From: Candidatus Micrarchaeota archaeon
Lineage (GTDB): Archaea; Micrarchaeota; Micrarchaeia; Norongarragalinales; Norongarragalinaceae
Length of the DNA: 64,000 nt
Direction of reading: 5' to 3'
NCBI GenBank assembly: GCA_016207165.1
Contig: JACQQD010000008.1
Coordinates: 1-64,000 of the forward strand
Below, in pieces: positions 29,575 to 39,124 of the stretch (position 1 is its first letter; each line of letters begins with the position of its first letter). The notes under the pieces are model-generated. The model saw only the letters and a list, made by a program, of their open reading frames with translations, was not told where the DNA came from and made no database searches. The position numbers were made by a program, and so were the translations under genes.

Positions 29575-30794
29575 GGTCTCACCTGGTTGGCGGTGACGGT
29601 CTGCAAGGCGTAAATCTTGCAGAAGCCCTCGCTGTGTTTCTGGTTGAAAGTGCTTTGCTGGGTGTACGTGGCCAAGGCGTGTTGGTGCAGGGAGTTCTCG
29701 GAGTGGCGCGCGATGACTTGCGCGTGGCCCTTGTATAGTTTGACGTCCACCCATCCTGAAACCGGCGTTTGCGCATCGGCGAGGTACGTTTTCAGGGAGG
29801 CCATCAAAGGCGAGAACCACTTGCCTTGGAACGTCATTTCTCCGAACGCCGCGTCGGCGTGGCGCTTGAAATCCAATTCGTCTTTGGTCAGCACCATTTT
29901 CTCCAAGTCAAAGTGCGCCTTGAGGATCACGGCGGCCGCAGGGCATTCGTAGACTTCGCGGCTTTTGAATCCCACGACGCGGTCCTCCACGTGGTCAAAG
30001 ACGCCGATGCCGTGAAGGCCAGCCAATTCGTTGAGGTGCTGGATCACGGAAAGCGTGCCGGAAACGGTTTGGGTGGCCGTCTCCAGTTCAACGGGCGTGC
30101 CGTGCTCGAAATGAAGTTTGACGGTTTCCGCTTGGTCGGGGGCCGCTTCGGCGGGGTTGACCCATTCAAAGGCATCCTGTGGCGGTGCGACGGCCGGGTT
30201 TTCCAGGGGCCCGCACTCGATGCTGCGGCCCCACAAGTTGGCGTCCACGCTGTACGTGCTTTGCTTGGATACGGCAATTCCGCGTTGGTGGGCGTATTTT
30301 TCCTCCACGTCGCGGGAAAGCTGCAAGTCGCGGATGGGCGCCAGTACCTGGAGGCTTGCGTCCAAGGAATTCACGGCCAACTCAAAGCGCAGTTGGTCGT
30401 TGCCTTTTCCCGTGGAACCGTGAGCCACCGCGTCCGCGCCCACCGCGTGCGCCACGTCCACCAGGTGCTTGGCGACCAGGGGGCGGGCCAACGCGGTGGA
30501 GTTGGGGTAATGGTTTTGGTAGGTGCCGTTGGCCCAGATGCTGTACGTGACGAATTCGTCGGCGAATTCCTGTTTGACGTCGTGCACCACGGCGTTTGTG
30601 GCCCCCAGTGCCAGCGCTTTTTGTTTGGCGGCGTCCAAGTGCTGGTCGTTGTACTCGCGGGCGCCCAAGTCGGCGGTAAACGTGCATACTTCCATGCCTT
30701 TTTCCAGGAACAATTTCAGCAGACAGCTCGTGTCCAAGCCTCCCGAGTAGGCCAAAACGACTTGGTCGGCGTCGTAGTCGGGAAGTTCAATCAT
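29532..30794 (-). CDS. argG: argininosuccinate synthase
   Basis: LAYSGGLDTS, TGKGNDQ, SVDANLWG, KSREVYE. Confidence 0.98.
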   Translation of the reverse strand: MIELPDYDADQVVLAYSGGLDTSCLLKLFLEKGMEVCTFTADLGAREYNDQHLDAAKQKALALGATNAVVHDVKQEFADEFVTYSIWANGTYQNHYPNSTALARPLVAKHLVDVAHAVGADAVAHGSTGKGNDQLRFELAVNSLDASLQVLAPIRDLQLSRDVEEKYAHQRGIAVSKQSTYSVDANLWGRSIECGPLENPAVAPPQDAFEWVNPAEAAPDQAETVKLHFEHGTPVELETATQTVSGTLSVIQHLNELAGLHGIGVFDHVEDRVVGFKSREVYECPAAAVILKAHFDLEKMVLTKDELDFKRHADAAFGEMTFQGKWFSPLMASLKTYLADAQTPVSGWVDVKLYKGHAQVIARHSENSLHQHALATYTQQSTFNQKHSEGFCKIYALQTVTANQVRPCGTTPDFKPSTYS

Positions 30795-30878
30795 AGGCGT
30801 TTCGCATCGCGTTTTCATTTAAAAACCGTTTCGGACAAAAAGAAACAATTTTAAACACTTTTCGTCCAATTCTGGACT

Positions 30879-31502
30879 ATGGCATCCAGTGTGTCCAAGC
30901 GCGTCGAATCGGCGTTGGAGGAGAAACCGTTTCTGTTGGAAGCGCTCTCGCAGGGCTACGCGAACCTGTCGGCGGTGGCCCGCGTCTTGCAGAAGCAGGT
31001 GGGCGGGTCCGAGGAGGCCGTGCGCGCGGCCGTCAAGCGCTTTTCCGCGTCGCGGCTTCGGCAGCGCCGCGCGGACGAAAAGAAAGTGTTGGAGGTGCTC
31101 TCGCACAGCCGGCTGTCGCTGTCGACGAAGGTCAACGTCCTGGTCGTGGAGCGGACGCCGGAGACGGAGGCCAAGGCCGCGTCGTTTTCCGAGAAGACCC
31201 GGGCGCTGGTCAAGGAAGAAAGCGGCATGACGCTGGTGGTGGATGCGGCGTACTTTCGGGAAAGCCAGAAGCTTTTTTCGCGGTCGGAGATTTTGACGGT
31301 CAACGAGGATTTGGTGGTTTTGACGTTGATTTCTTCGCCGGTGGTTGAAGCGGTGCCCGGCGTGGTCGCCTTTCTGACGGCGCAGATGGCGCGGCACAAC
31401 ATCAATTTGAAGGAATTTTGGTCGTCGTACACCGACACGTTGTTTTTCGTGGAGAAAAAAGACGCGTCCAAGGCGTACGAGGTGCTTTCGGCTTTACTGT
31501 AG
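30879..31502 (+). CDS. ACT-domain regulatory protein, divergent from the arg operon
   Basis: GYANLSAVAR, VPGVV...NINL.EFWSSYTD; homologous to 12960-13646. Confidence 0.87.
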   Translation: MASSVSKRVESALEEKPFLLEALSQGYANLSAVARVLQKQVGGSEEAVRAAVKRFSASRLRQRRADEKKVLEVLSHSRLSLSTKVNVLVVERTPETEAKAASFSEKTRALVKEESGMTLVVDAAYFRESQKLFSRSEILTVNEDLVVLTLISSPVVEAVPGVVAFLTAQMARHNINLKEFWSSYTDTLFFVEKKDASKAYEVLSALL

Positions 31503-32033
31503 TTCGGTTCGCTCCAAGGCGGTATAGGCGGGCCCTGTGGCCTGGAGGCGGCTTTCGTAAAGCGTGACGAAGCGGACCGCAAATTCTGGGAACGTGGTTT
31601 CCGCGTTTTGGGCCAGCCACGCCTGGAGCCTTTCCTTGTTCTGTGCGCTTTTGACGCGCGCCAGAGTCACGTGCGGGTGGAAGGGCTGGTCGTTGCGGTA
31701 ACCCAGGGCGTCGGCGAGTCGTTGTTGCAGGGCGATGACGTCTTTTTTTCCTTTGTCAAATCCGGTCCAGACCACGCGGATGTGGTCGGGTTTGGGAAAT
31801 GCGCCCAAGCCAAAAAGCCGTGCGTCGAAGGCTTTATGATGGACGGCGTGGAGGAGTTCGGCTTTTTCGCGGACCTCGTTGGGGTCAAGTTCGCCGAAGA
31901 ACGCGAGGGTGGCGTGCAACTGCTTCTTGGCGGGGTAGGTGGCGGAAACCCTGGTTTGCCGGATTTCCGACTGCACGTCGGCGAGTCGTTGACGGAGGGC
32001 GTCATCGATTTCCAGCGCCAGGAAACAACGCAT
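31494..32033 (-). CDS. thpR: RNA 2',3'-cyclic phosphodiesterase / 2'-5' RNA ligase
   Basis: Two HxT motifs (HATL, HVTL), MRCFLA start. Confidence 0.94.
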   Translation of the reverse strand: MRCFLALEIDDALRQRLADVQSEIRQTRVSATYPAKKQLHATLAFFGELDPNEVREKAELLHAVHHKAFDARLFGLGAFPKPDHIRVVWTGFDKGKKDVIALQQRLADALGYRNDQPFHPHVTLARVKSAQNKERLQAWLAQNAETTFPEFAVRFVTLYESRLQATGPAYTALERTELQ

Positions 32034-32088
32034 GCACTGGGGCTTTGGAGGCGGGTGTTTTTTAACTGGTTCGCCCACTTTTCCTCGT

Positions 32089-32910
32089 ATGCGTTGGCTT
32101 GTTTCGTTCCTGGTTTTGGCCGGGCTTTTCGGTGCCGTGTCCGCGTTGTCCCTAACGGTCTTGGATCCCGTGTTCAAGGAAGTCACGGCGTCAAGCACGT
32201 TGGACTTGGGGACCGCCGGGCCCGGGCAGAAAATCGTGGTCATTGCCCAGCGCCCCAGTGGGGACTTGTCCAAGAACGCGGCCAAGCCCGGCGAGGCGCT
32301 TTGGGACCGCATCCTCATCGAGCGTCTTCCGGATGGCTGGACGGCGGAGGCCTCCAAGTTGTACGAAGAGCCTTTTCAGGCGTTCGTCTCCATTGCCCCC
32401 GACGCCGCGGACGGCGAGTACACGTTTTACGTGCGGGCCATGGACGAGTACGACGGACTGCCTTCGCTTTCGTTTCCCGCGAAACTGCGCGTGTCCCGCA
32501 ACGTCTTTTCCGCTTCCCTGACCCAGTCGCGCCTGTCGGTGGGCGTAGAGCAGCCGGCGGTGTACTTCTTGCAGTTGCAGAACACGGGTAGTGCTTCGGA
32601 CGTGTTTGACGTGGCGATCAACGGCTTGCCGGCGTCTTGGTCGGAGCCGCGCCGCGTTTTCGTTCCACACAATTCCGTGGTTAACCTCGCCTTTCCCGTC
32701 ACTCCGGAAGAGGCCAACCAATACGTGTTTTCTTTCCATGCGCAGTCCCTGTCCAGCCCCCGTGTCTTTAGTGACGCGAACGCGGAACTGGTGGCGGAGA
32801 CGACGCTGTTGAACGACTTGCGTGCCAGCGCCAACGGCGTGGTCTTGTTTCCCTCTCCGGTGCAGGCCGTGTATTCGTTGCTGGCGTTCTTGGCCCGCGC
32901 CTTTTCGTGA
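32089..32910 (+). CDS. secreted/membrane-anchored Ig-like protein
   Basis: Signal peptide, LQNTGSASD beta-sandwich motif, hydrophobic C-terminus. Confidence 0.75.
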   Translation: MRWLVSFLVLAGLFGAVSALSLTVLDPVFKEVTASSTLDLGTAGPGQKIVVIAQRPSGDLSKNAAKPGEALWDRILIERLPDGWTAEASKLYEEPFQAFVSIAPDAADGEYTFYVRAMDEYDGLPSLSFPAKLRVSRNVFSASLTQSRLSVGVEQPAVYFLQLQNTGSASDVFDVAINGLPASWSEPRRVFVPHNSVVNLAFPVTPEEANQYVFSFHAQSLSSPRVFSDANAELVAETTLLNDLRASANGVVLFPSPVQAVYSLLAFLARAFS

Positions 32911-32916
32911 ACTTCA

Positions 32917-34500
32917 ATGCATGCGTTGCTGACGCCGCGCCAAGCGGCGTTGTTGGAACTGGTCGACGCCCTGCAGCGCGATCCGCCGGAAAAACCCGAT
33001 GAACTGCTTTCCCTGAAAGCCGTGGTGGGCAAGCGTTATGGGTTGAAGGAAGTCATCCGCAACGCCGACATCCTGGACGCCCTTGGAAAGGACGCGTCCC
33101 CGGAACTTAAGTCGCTTCTTCGCACCCGGGCCGTTCGCTCGCTTTCCGGAGTGTCCGTGGTGGCGTTGATGATGCGTCCGGATTGGTGCCCGCACGGCAC
33201 CTGCGTGTATTGTCCTGGCGGCCCCAACACGAATTCGCCGAAAAGCTATACGGGCTTTGAGCCGGCCGCGCGCCGCGCCAAGCAGAATGACTTTGATTCC
33301 CATCGCCAAGTCCACACGCGCATCGCGCAACTGGAGGCCATTGGACATGACCCGCAGAAGTGCGAAGTGATTTTGATGGGGGGCACGTTCAACGCCCAGC
33401 CTCAAGACTACCAGGACGCGTTCGTGAAGGGCATGTACGAGTCCTTCAACCAAAAACCGGCGGGTTCGTGGCAAAAAGCCAAGGAACAGAATGCGTCGGC
33501 GCATTACCGCGTCATCGGCTTGACGTTTGAGACCAAGCCGGATTGGGCCACTCCGACGCACTTGGACGCGCTTTTGGAATACGGGGGCACGCGCGTTGAA
33601 CTGGGTATCCAGAGCTTGGATGAAGAAACCCTGGAGAAATCACACCGGGGCCACACCTTGAAGGACGGTTGGGAGGCGACGCAATACGCCAAGGACGCGT
33701 TTTTCAAGGTATGCCACCACGTCATGCCCGGCCTTTTTTCCACGCCAAAAAAGGATGTCGCCATGTTCAAGGAACTCTTTGAAGACCCGCGGTGGCGGCC
33801 GGACATGCTCAAGATTTACCCGTGCCTGGTCATTCCCGGAACCCAATTGTACGCGCTTTGGCGGCAGGGAAAATTCCAGCCGTTCACCGCGAAAGACGCC
33901 GCGGAGGCCATCGCGCGGGGTAAGGCGTTCGTGCCGGAGTACTGCCGCATCATGCGCGTGGACCGCGACATTCCGACGACCTTGATTGCCGCGGGAGTTG
34001 AGAAAAGCAATTTGCGCCAACTCGTGCACGACCGATGCACGGAGTTGGGCATCGCGTGCCGGTGCATCCGGTGCCGTGAGGCGGGCCTCAAGGCGAGGGA
34101 GGGGTTTTCGTTTGACTGGAGGGAGGTTCAACTCGTGCGCCGCGACTACCTGGCTTCGAAAGGCAAGGAAGTGTTTTTGAGTTTTGAAGCCGACGACGCG
34201 CTGCTTGGGTTCTTGCGCTTGCGTTTTCCGTTCCAACCGTGGCGTCCCGAAATCACGGAGGATGCCGCCGGGGTTCGGGAACTGCACGTGTACGGCGAAC
34301 AGTTGCCCCTGCACTTGAAGAAAAAGGACGCGGTGCAGCACCAGTCCCTTGGGAAACGCTTGCTGAGGGAGGCTGAACGCATCGCTTTCGAGGAATGGGG
34401 CTGCAAGAAATTGTTGGTCATTTCCGGTGTGGGCGTGCGGCAATACTACCAGAAACAAGGCTACTCGTTGGAAGGCGTGTACATGGCCAAAGCGTTATAG
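32917..34500 (+). CDS. elp3: Elp3 radical-SAM tRNA U34 carboxymethyl synthase
   Basis: CPHGTCVYCPGG, GGTF, RELHVYG, VISGVGVRQYY. Confidence 0.98.
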   Translation: MHALLTPRQAALLELVDALQRDPPEKPDELLSLKAVVGKRYGLKEVIRNADILDALGKDASPELKSLLRTRAVRSLSGVSVVALMMRPDWCPHGTCVYCPGGPNTNSPKSYTGFEPAARRAKQNDFDSHRQVHTRIAQLEAIGHDPQKCEVILMGGTFNAQPQDYQDAFVKGMYESFNQKPAGSWQKAKEQNASAHYRVIGLTFETKPDWATPTHLDALLEYGGTRVELGIQSLDEETLEKSHRGHTLKDGWEATQYAKDAFFKVCHHVMPGLFSTPKKDVAMFKELFEDPRWRPDMLKIYPCLVIPGTQLYALWRQGKFQPFTAKDAAEAIARGKAFVPEYCRIMRVDRDIPTTLIAAGVEKSNLRQLVHDRCTELGIACRCIRCREAGLKAREGFSFDWREVQLVRRDYLASKGKEVFLSFEADDALLGFLRLRFPFQPWRPEITEDAAGVRELHVYGEQLPLHLKKKDAVQHQSLGKRLLREAERIAFEEWGCKKLLVISGVGVRQYYQKQGYSLEGVYMAKAL

Positions 34501-34525
34501 CAATCCCGGAAAGCGGGATTGCTAT
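34497..34525. repeat. inverted repeat ATAGCAATCCCG...CGGGATTGCTAT at the elp3 stop
   Basis: 12-bp perfect stem; TTATAGCAATCCCGGA also at 17796-17811. Confidence 0.7.
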
Positions 34526-34625
34526 CTAGCAAAGCCAACCTATTCGTCGTGAGATTTGTTGGCTTTTCTATAACCCAATGATTTTAAGCGACGTCGCCGT
34601 TTTTCTTGCCTGGGTTTAGCGTTTT

Positions 34626-35954
34626 ATGCCGTATTCCAGGGACGTTGAGGAGGGGCTGAAAAAAATCAAGGCTCAGCCCGGCGACCGCGTCCGCGTAAAA
34701 TCCAAGAAGCAGGTTTTCGAAGGCGTCTTGTTGCCCAAGCCGGAGTTGGGCGCGTCCGCGTCGAACTTGATTTTGAAGTTGGACAATGGCTACAACGTCG
34801 GCGTTTCCGCGAAGGGGGCTCGGCTGGAAAAGCGTGAGGGCTCCGTGGCCTTGGAAAAGTTTGCGGAGTGGGTGCCGGACGCGCGCTCGGAATTGCCGAA
34901 GCTGTCGTTGGTGGCCACCGGCGGCACGATTTCGACAAGGGTGGACTACCAGACCGGCGGCGTGTACATGTTGGGCGAGCCGAAGGAACTCTTGGCGAAA
35001 GTGCCGGAACTTTCGGACGTGGCCAACATCCACCGCATTGAAAGCCCGTTTCGCAAAGCCACGGAAGACATGGATCATTCCGACTGGCAACGGCTTGCCC
35101 AGGAAGTCGTCAAGGAACTCAACTCCGATTCGCAAGGCGTGATGGTGACGATGGGCACCGACATTTTGCATTACAGTGCGGCCGCATTGTCTTTTATGAT
35201 TCAAGACCAGAACAAGCCGGTGGTGTTCACGGCCGCGCAACGCTCACCGGACCGGGGTTCGTTTGACGGTGCCATGAATCTTTTGTGTGCGGCCCAGTTC
35301 GCGAAAAGCGATTGCGCGGAAGTGTCCATCGTCATGCATGGCACCAGTTCCGATGACTATTGTCTGGCGAACGTGGGAACCAAAACCCGCAAGATGCATA
35401 CTTCCAGGAGGGACGCGTTTCGGACCGTCAATGCCCAGCCGTGGGCCAAGGCGTGGCCGGACAAGCCCCCGCATTTTTTGCGCCGCGACTACAAAAAGCG
35501 AAGCGACGGCGTGGCCAAAGCGGATGTGCGTTTTGAATCCAAGGTGGCGCACGTCAAGCCGTGGCCTGGAGCCTCCGGCGAACTCATCGACTTTTTCGTG
35601 AAGAAAAAGTACCACGGCATCGTGGTGGAGGCGTGGGCGTTGGGCCACGTGCCGGCCACGGCCAAGCATTCCTGGATTCCGTCGATTCAAAACGCGGTGG
35701 AGAAAGGCGTGACGGTGTGTTTCACCAGTCAGTCTTTGTACGGCCGCGTGCATCCCTTCGTTTACGCCAACCTCCGCAAAGCCAGTTTTGCAGGAGCCCT
35801 GTACTTGGAGGACCTGTTGCCGGAAACCGCGTTTGTCAAGCTGGGCTGCGTTTTGGGCCGCACCAAGAACCCCGCCAGAATCAGGGAACTCATGTTGGCA
35901 AACCTGGCTCACGAATACAACGACCGGCTGCAGCAAGCCGACTTTCTGGGCTGA
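34626..35954 (+). CDS. gatD: Glu-tRNA(Gln) amidotransferase subunit D
   Basis: LKLDNGYNVG, TGGTIS, GTD, AQRS.DRGS.D, RKMHTSRRDAF. Confidence 0.97.
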   Translation: MPYSRDVEEGLKKIKAQPGDRVRVKSKKQVFEGVLLPKPELGASASNLILKLDNGYNVGVSAKGARLEKREGSVALEKFAEWVPDARSELPKLSLVATGGTISTRVDYQTGGVYMLGEPKELLAKVPELSDVANIHRIESPFRKATEDMDHSDWQRLAQEVVKELNSDSQGVMVTMGTDILHYSAAALSFMIQDQNKPVVFTAAQRSPDRGSFDGAMNLLCAAQFAKSDCAEVSIVMHGTSSDDYCLANVGTKTRKMHTSRRDAFRTVNAQPWAKAWPDKPPHFLRRDYKKRSDGVAKADVRFESKVAHVKPWPGASGELIDFFVKKKYHGIVVEAWALGHVPATAKHSWIPSIQNAVEKGVTVCFTSQSLYGRVHPFVYANLRKASFAGALYLEDLLPETAFVKLGCVLGRTKNPARIRELMLANLAHEYNDRLQQADFLG

Positions 35955-35956
35955 CC

Positions 35957-37750
35957 ATGTTGGGTTTCAAAGCCGGTTTGGAAATACACCAACGCTTGGC
36001 CACGTCGCGCAAGCTGTTCTGTCGTTGCCCAGCGGCTGTAGGCGAAGAAGAACCGCACGGCACGCTGACGCGAAAAATCCGGGCGGTGGCGGGGGAATTG
36101 GGGCACGTTGATCCGGCGGCGGCGTTTGAGGCCGCTCGCGGCAAAACGTTTCACTACCAGCTTTTTCCCTCTTCTTCGTGTCTGGTGGAACAAGACGAGG
36201 AACCCCCGACGGAATTGAATTCGGAGGCCTTGGAGATTGTTCTGCAAGTCTCCAAAGCGTTGGGGGCTCGGGTGCTGGATGAAGTGCACGTGATGCGAAA
36301 GACCGTGGCGGATGGGTCCGCGGTGTCGGCGTTCCAGCGCACGGCTTTGGTGGCCGTGGACGGAAAGCTGGAAACGTCGCAGGGCTTTGTGGGTATTGCC
36401 ACGGTTTGCCTGGAGGAAGAAAGCGCGGGCATCGTGGAGAAGACCCTAGGCCAATCCACGTACCGGTTGGATCGCCTTGGCATTCCTTTAATTGAGATTG
36501 CCACCGATGCCACGCTGAAAAACGGGGCGCACGCGCGGGAAGTCGCGGAGAAAGTTGGGGGCCTGTTGCGATCCACGGGGCGGGTCCAGCGCGGCATTGG
36601 CTCCATTCGCCAGGACCTCAACGTCTCCATTGCGGGGGGCGCCCGGGTGGAAATCAAAGGGGCTCAGGAGTTAAGGGATGTGGCGGACTTGGTGGATTTT
36701 GAAGCCAAGCGGCAACAATCGCTTGTTGGTCTTCATGCCAGCGTCCGGCGGCGGGGTTTCTTGGGGTTGGCGTTTTCAAGGCCGGTGGACGTATCCAACG
36801 TGTTTGCCGGAGCAAAACCCTTTTTTTCCAAGCCGTTGCAGGAAGGCGCGGTGGCTTTGGCCGTCAAGTTCATGCATTTGGGCGGCTTGTTGGGCCAGGA
36901 ACTAATCCCTGATTTGCGGTTTGGCTCGGAGGTGTCTGATTACGCCAAAGCCAAGACCGGGGTCAAAGGCATCGTGCACTCGGACGAGGATCCGTCCAAG
37001 TACGGTTTGACGTCCGCGGATTTTGACACGATTTCTCTGGCTTTGGACTGCGGGTCTAACGACGCGTGGGCGGCCGTGGTCGCCCCCGAAAACGTGGCCG
37101 TCCCCGCGCTCAAGGCCGCCTTTGACCGGGCGTATCTGCTGGAAGTGCCCAAGGAGACGCGGCGCGCCGAAGGCACGGGCAGCCGCTTTATGCGCCCGCT
37201 TCCGGGCGCGGCCCGCATGTACCCCGAGACGGACGTGGTGCCCGTACCCGTCGCCGGGCGAATGCTTTCCAAAATCCCGTTGCCCAAGTCGTTGGATGAA
37301 CGCAAAGCCGATTACGTGAAGCTGGGCCTCAACACGGAACTGGCCGAGAAGATGGTGCACTCGTACGATTGGCCCCTGTTTGACCAGCTCTGCCGGCAAG
37401 CGGATCCCAAGACCGTGGCCTGGGTGCTTTTGGATGTCAAGCCGCAGTTGAGGCGCCAGGGCGTCAACGTGGAAATGCCGGACTCCCGGTGGAAGGACGT
37501 GTTGGCGCTTTACGCCGCCGGAGACGTGACGCGCGCGGCCCTGCCGGACGTGGTGCAATTCGCCGTACAGAACCCGGCCGCCGCGTTGGCGGACGGGGTG
37601 CGGGAAAAAAAATTGCAGCGGGTCACGGGCAAACCATTGGAGGTTTTGGCGGCTTTCTTGAATCATGATTTTGGGCAAATCATGCGCCTCCACCGCTTGA
37701 CGGTGGACGCTTCGGAACTCAGAACCCTGTTGGCCTCCAAACGCCCATAG
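35957..37750 (+). CDS. gatE: Glu-tRNA(Gln) amidotransferase subunit E
   Basis: GLEIHQ, RLDRLGIPLIEI, IRQDLNVSI, RMYPETD. Confidence 0.97.
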   Translation: MLGFKAGLEIHQRLATSRKLFCRCPAAVGEEEPHGTLTRKIRAVAGELGHVDPAAAFEAARGKTFHYQLFPSSSCLVEQDEEPPTELNSEALEIVLQVSKALGARVLDEVHVMRKTVADGSAVSAFQRTALVAVDGKLETSQGFVGIATVCLEEESAGIVEKTLGQSTYRLDRLGIPLIEIATDATLKNGAHAREVAEKVGGLLRSTGRVQRGIGSIRQDLNVSIAGGARVEIKGAQELRDVADLVDFEAKRQQSLVGLHASVRRRGFLGLAFSRPVDVSNVFAGAKPFFSKPLQEGAVALAVKFMHLGGLLGQELIPDLRFGSEVSDYAKAKTGVKGIVHSDEDPSKYGLTSADFDTISLALDCGSNDAWAAVVAPENVAVPALKAAFDRAYLLEVPKETRRAEGTGSRFMRPLPGAARMYPETDVVPVPVAGRMLSKIPLPKSLDERKADYVKLGLNTELAEKMVHSYDWPLFDQLCRQADPKTVAWVLLDVKPQLRRQGVNVEMPDSRWKDVLALYAAGDVTRAALPDVVQFAVQNPAAALADGVREKKLQRVTGKPLEVLAAFLNHDFGQIMRLHRLTVDASELRTLLASKRP

Positions 37751-37791
37751 ATTTATTTAATGCCGGCTTTGAACAATTCTTGAACCGCCTT

Positions 37792-38814
37792 ATGGAGGAC
37801 GCGTCTGGGGAAGGCTTTTCCGACCGATTCGATTCCGTCGGGGAAGGCATCAAGCGCTTTGGCGTCGGCAAACTCGTCTTGCTTCTCGTCATTCTAGCCG
37901 CGGCGCTTTGGTTTTTCGTTTTGGCGCCCAAGCCCGGCTCGCTTTCGGTGCGCGTCGTGGAAATCGACAGCGATTTGGCGTTGGAAGGCGTGCAAGTCGA
38001 CGCGATAATGCCGGACGGCGCCCGGCGGTCCAAGTTCACCGACGACGCCGGCTCCGCCTCGTTTTCCGAAGTACCCGCCCAGGCGGACGTGGCGGTCCGC
38101 GTGCTGCCGCCATCCACGCATGCTTCGGCCAGCCAGTCCGTGACGCTTTCTTCGGGCGCGTCGGATTCGCTTCGGTTTTCTTTGGGACGCAACGTCAAAC
38201 TCCAGTTGGAGTCCGACGTGACGGCGCTGTCGCTGGGTTCCGGGTGTTCGACGAACATCGAGGTGTCGGCGCGCAACAACGACGCTCAGGCCGCCGACGT
38301 GTCCCTGGTGGGTGAAGGAAAGCTGTCGGGTCTGGTCTCCTCGGAAACCGTTTTGTTGTCCGGGGGGCAAAGCCAAGTGCTCTCCGTCAAGGTCACCGCT
38401 CCCCCAGAGGAAGGCAAGGCGTCCGGCGCGTTGCGCGTGAAATTCACTAACGCGGAGGTGCCCATTTCCTTGGAGGTCACGGGTCCGGACCAGTTGGGCG
38501 TATCGCCCAACCGCTTGTCCGAGCGCGCGGCACCCGGCGAGCAACTCAAGAAGCTGTTCACCATCACCAACGAGGGCCGAAGCGGCGAAGTGCGGGACTT
38601 GAACGCCGAAGTCACCGGGGAACTTTCCGCGTACGTGCAGCCCGTGAGTTTTTCAAGTCAACAGCCGCTCAAGCCCCGCGAGCAAACGATTCTGACGATG
38701 TTCGTTGACGTGCCGAACGTCCCGAACCAGAAGGTCGTGGGCGTGCTGTTGTTGTCGTCGGCCTGCAGCCGCTTGAGCATCCCCATCGAGCTTGAAATCC
38801 GTGAACGTTCCTGA
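37792..38814 (+). CDS. membrane-anchored beta-sandwich surface protein
   Basis: N-terminal TM; carboxypeptidase-regulatory/Ig-like segments; precedes the pilus ATPase. Confidence 0.75.
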   Translation: MEDASGEGFSDRFDSVGEGIKRFGVGKLVLLLVILAAALWFFVLAPKPGSLSVRVVEIDSDLALEGVQVDAIMPDGARRSKFTDDAGSASFSEVPAQADVAVRVLPPSTHASASQSVTLSSGASDSLRFSLGRNVKLQLESDVTALSLGSGCSTNIEVSARNNDAQAADVSLVGEGKLSGLVSSETVLLSGGQSQVLSVKVTAPPEEGKASGALRVKFTNAEVPISLEVTGPDQLGVSPNRLSERAAPGEQLKKLFTITNEGRSGEVRDLNAEVTGELSAYVQPVSFSSQQPLKPREQTILTMFVDVPNVPNQKVVGVLLLSSACSRLSIPIELEIRERS

Positions 38815-39073
38815 CGTGGCCGTCGGCGTGCTTTCCAGTCCCGTTTTTTGGTCCACGTTGTCCTTCACGTTGGCGTTGGCTTTCACGTGGTGGTTTCTTC
38901 AAGTTCCCCGCAAGTGGTGGGTCCTGGCCGTGGCAGGCGTCTGCGTGTTTTTGTTGTTTGATTTCGGCGGCCTCCCTTTTGGGCTGACGGGTTTTTTCGC
39001 CGGGATTGGTTTGCGGCTCTGGAAAGCCTCTCGACAGAAAAGAGCTCTTCCCAGGCCCCGCCGGCGCCCGTAA
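38801..39073 (+). CDS. small membrane protein
   Basis: Hydrophobic; overlaps the upstream stop. Confidence 0.55.
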   Translation: MNVPDVAVGVLSSPVFWSTLSFTLALAFTWWFLQVPRKWWVLAVAGVCVFLLFDFGGLPFGLTGFFAGIGLRLWKASRQKRALPRPRRRP

Positions 39074-39124
39074 CGGCGCCATCGGATTGGAAGGATTTAA
39101 TACGGGTGTTGGCGTTGTTCTGCT

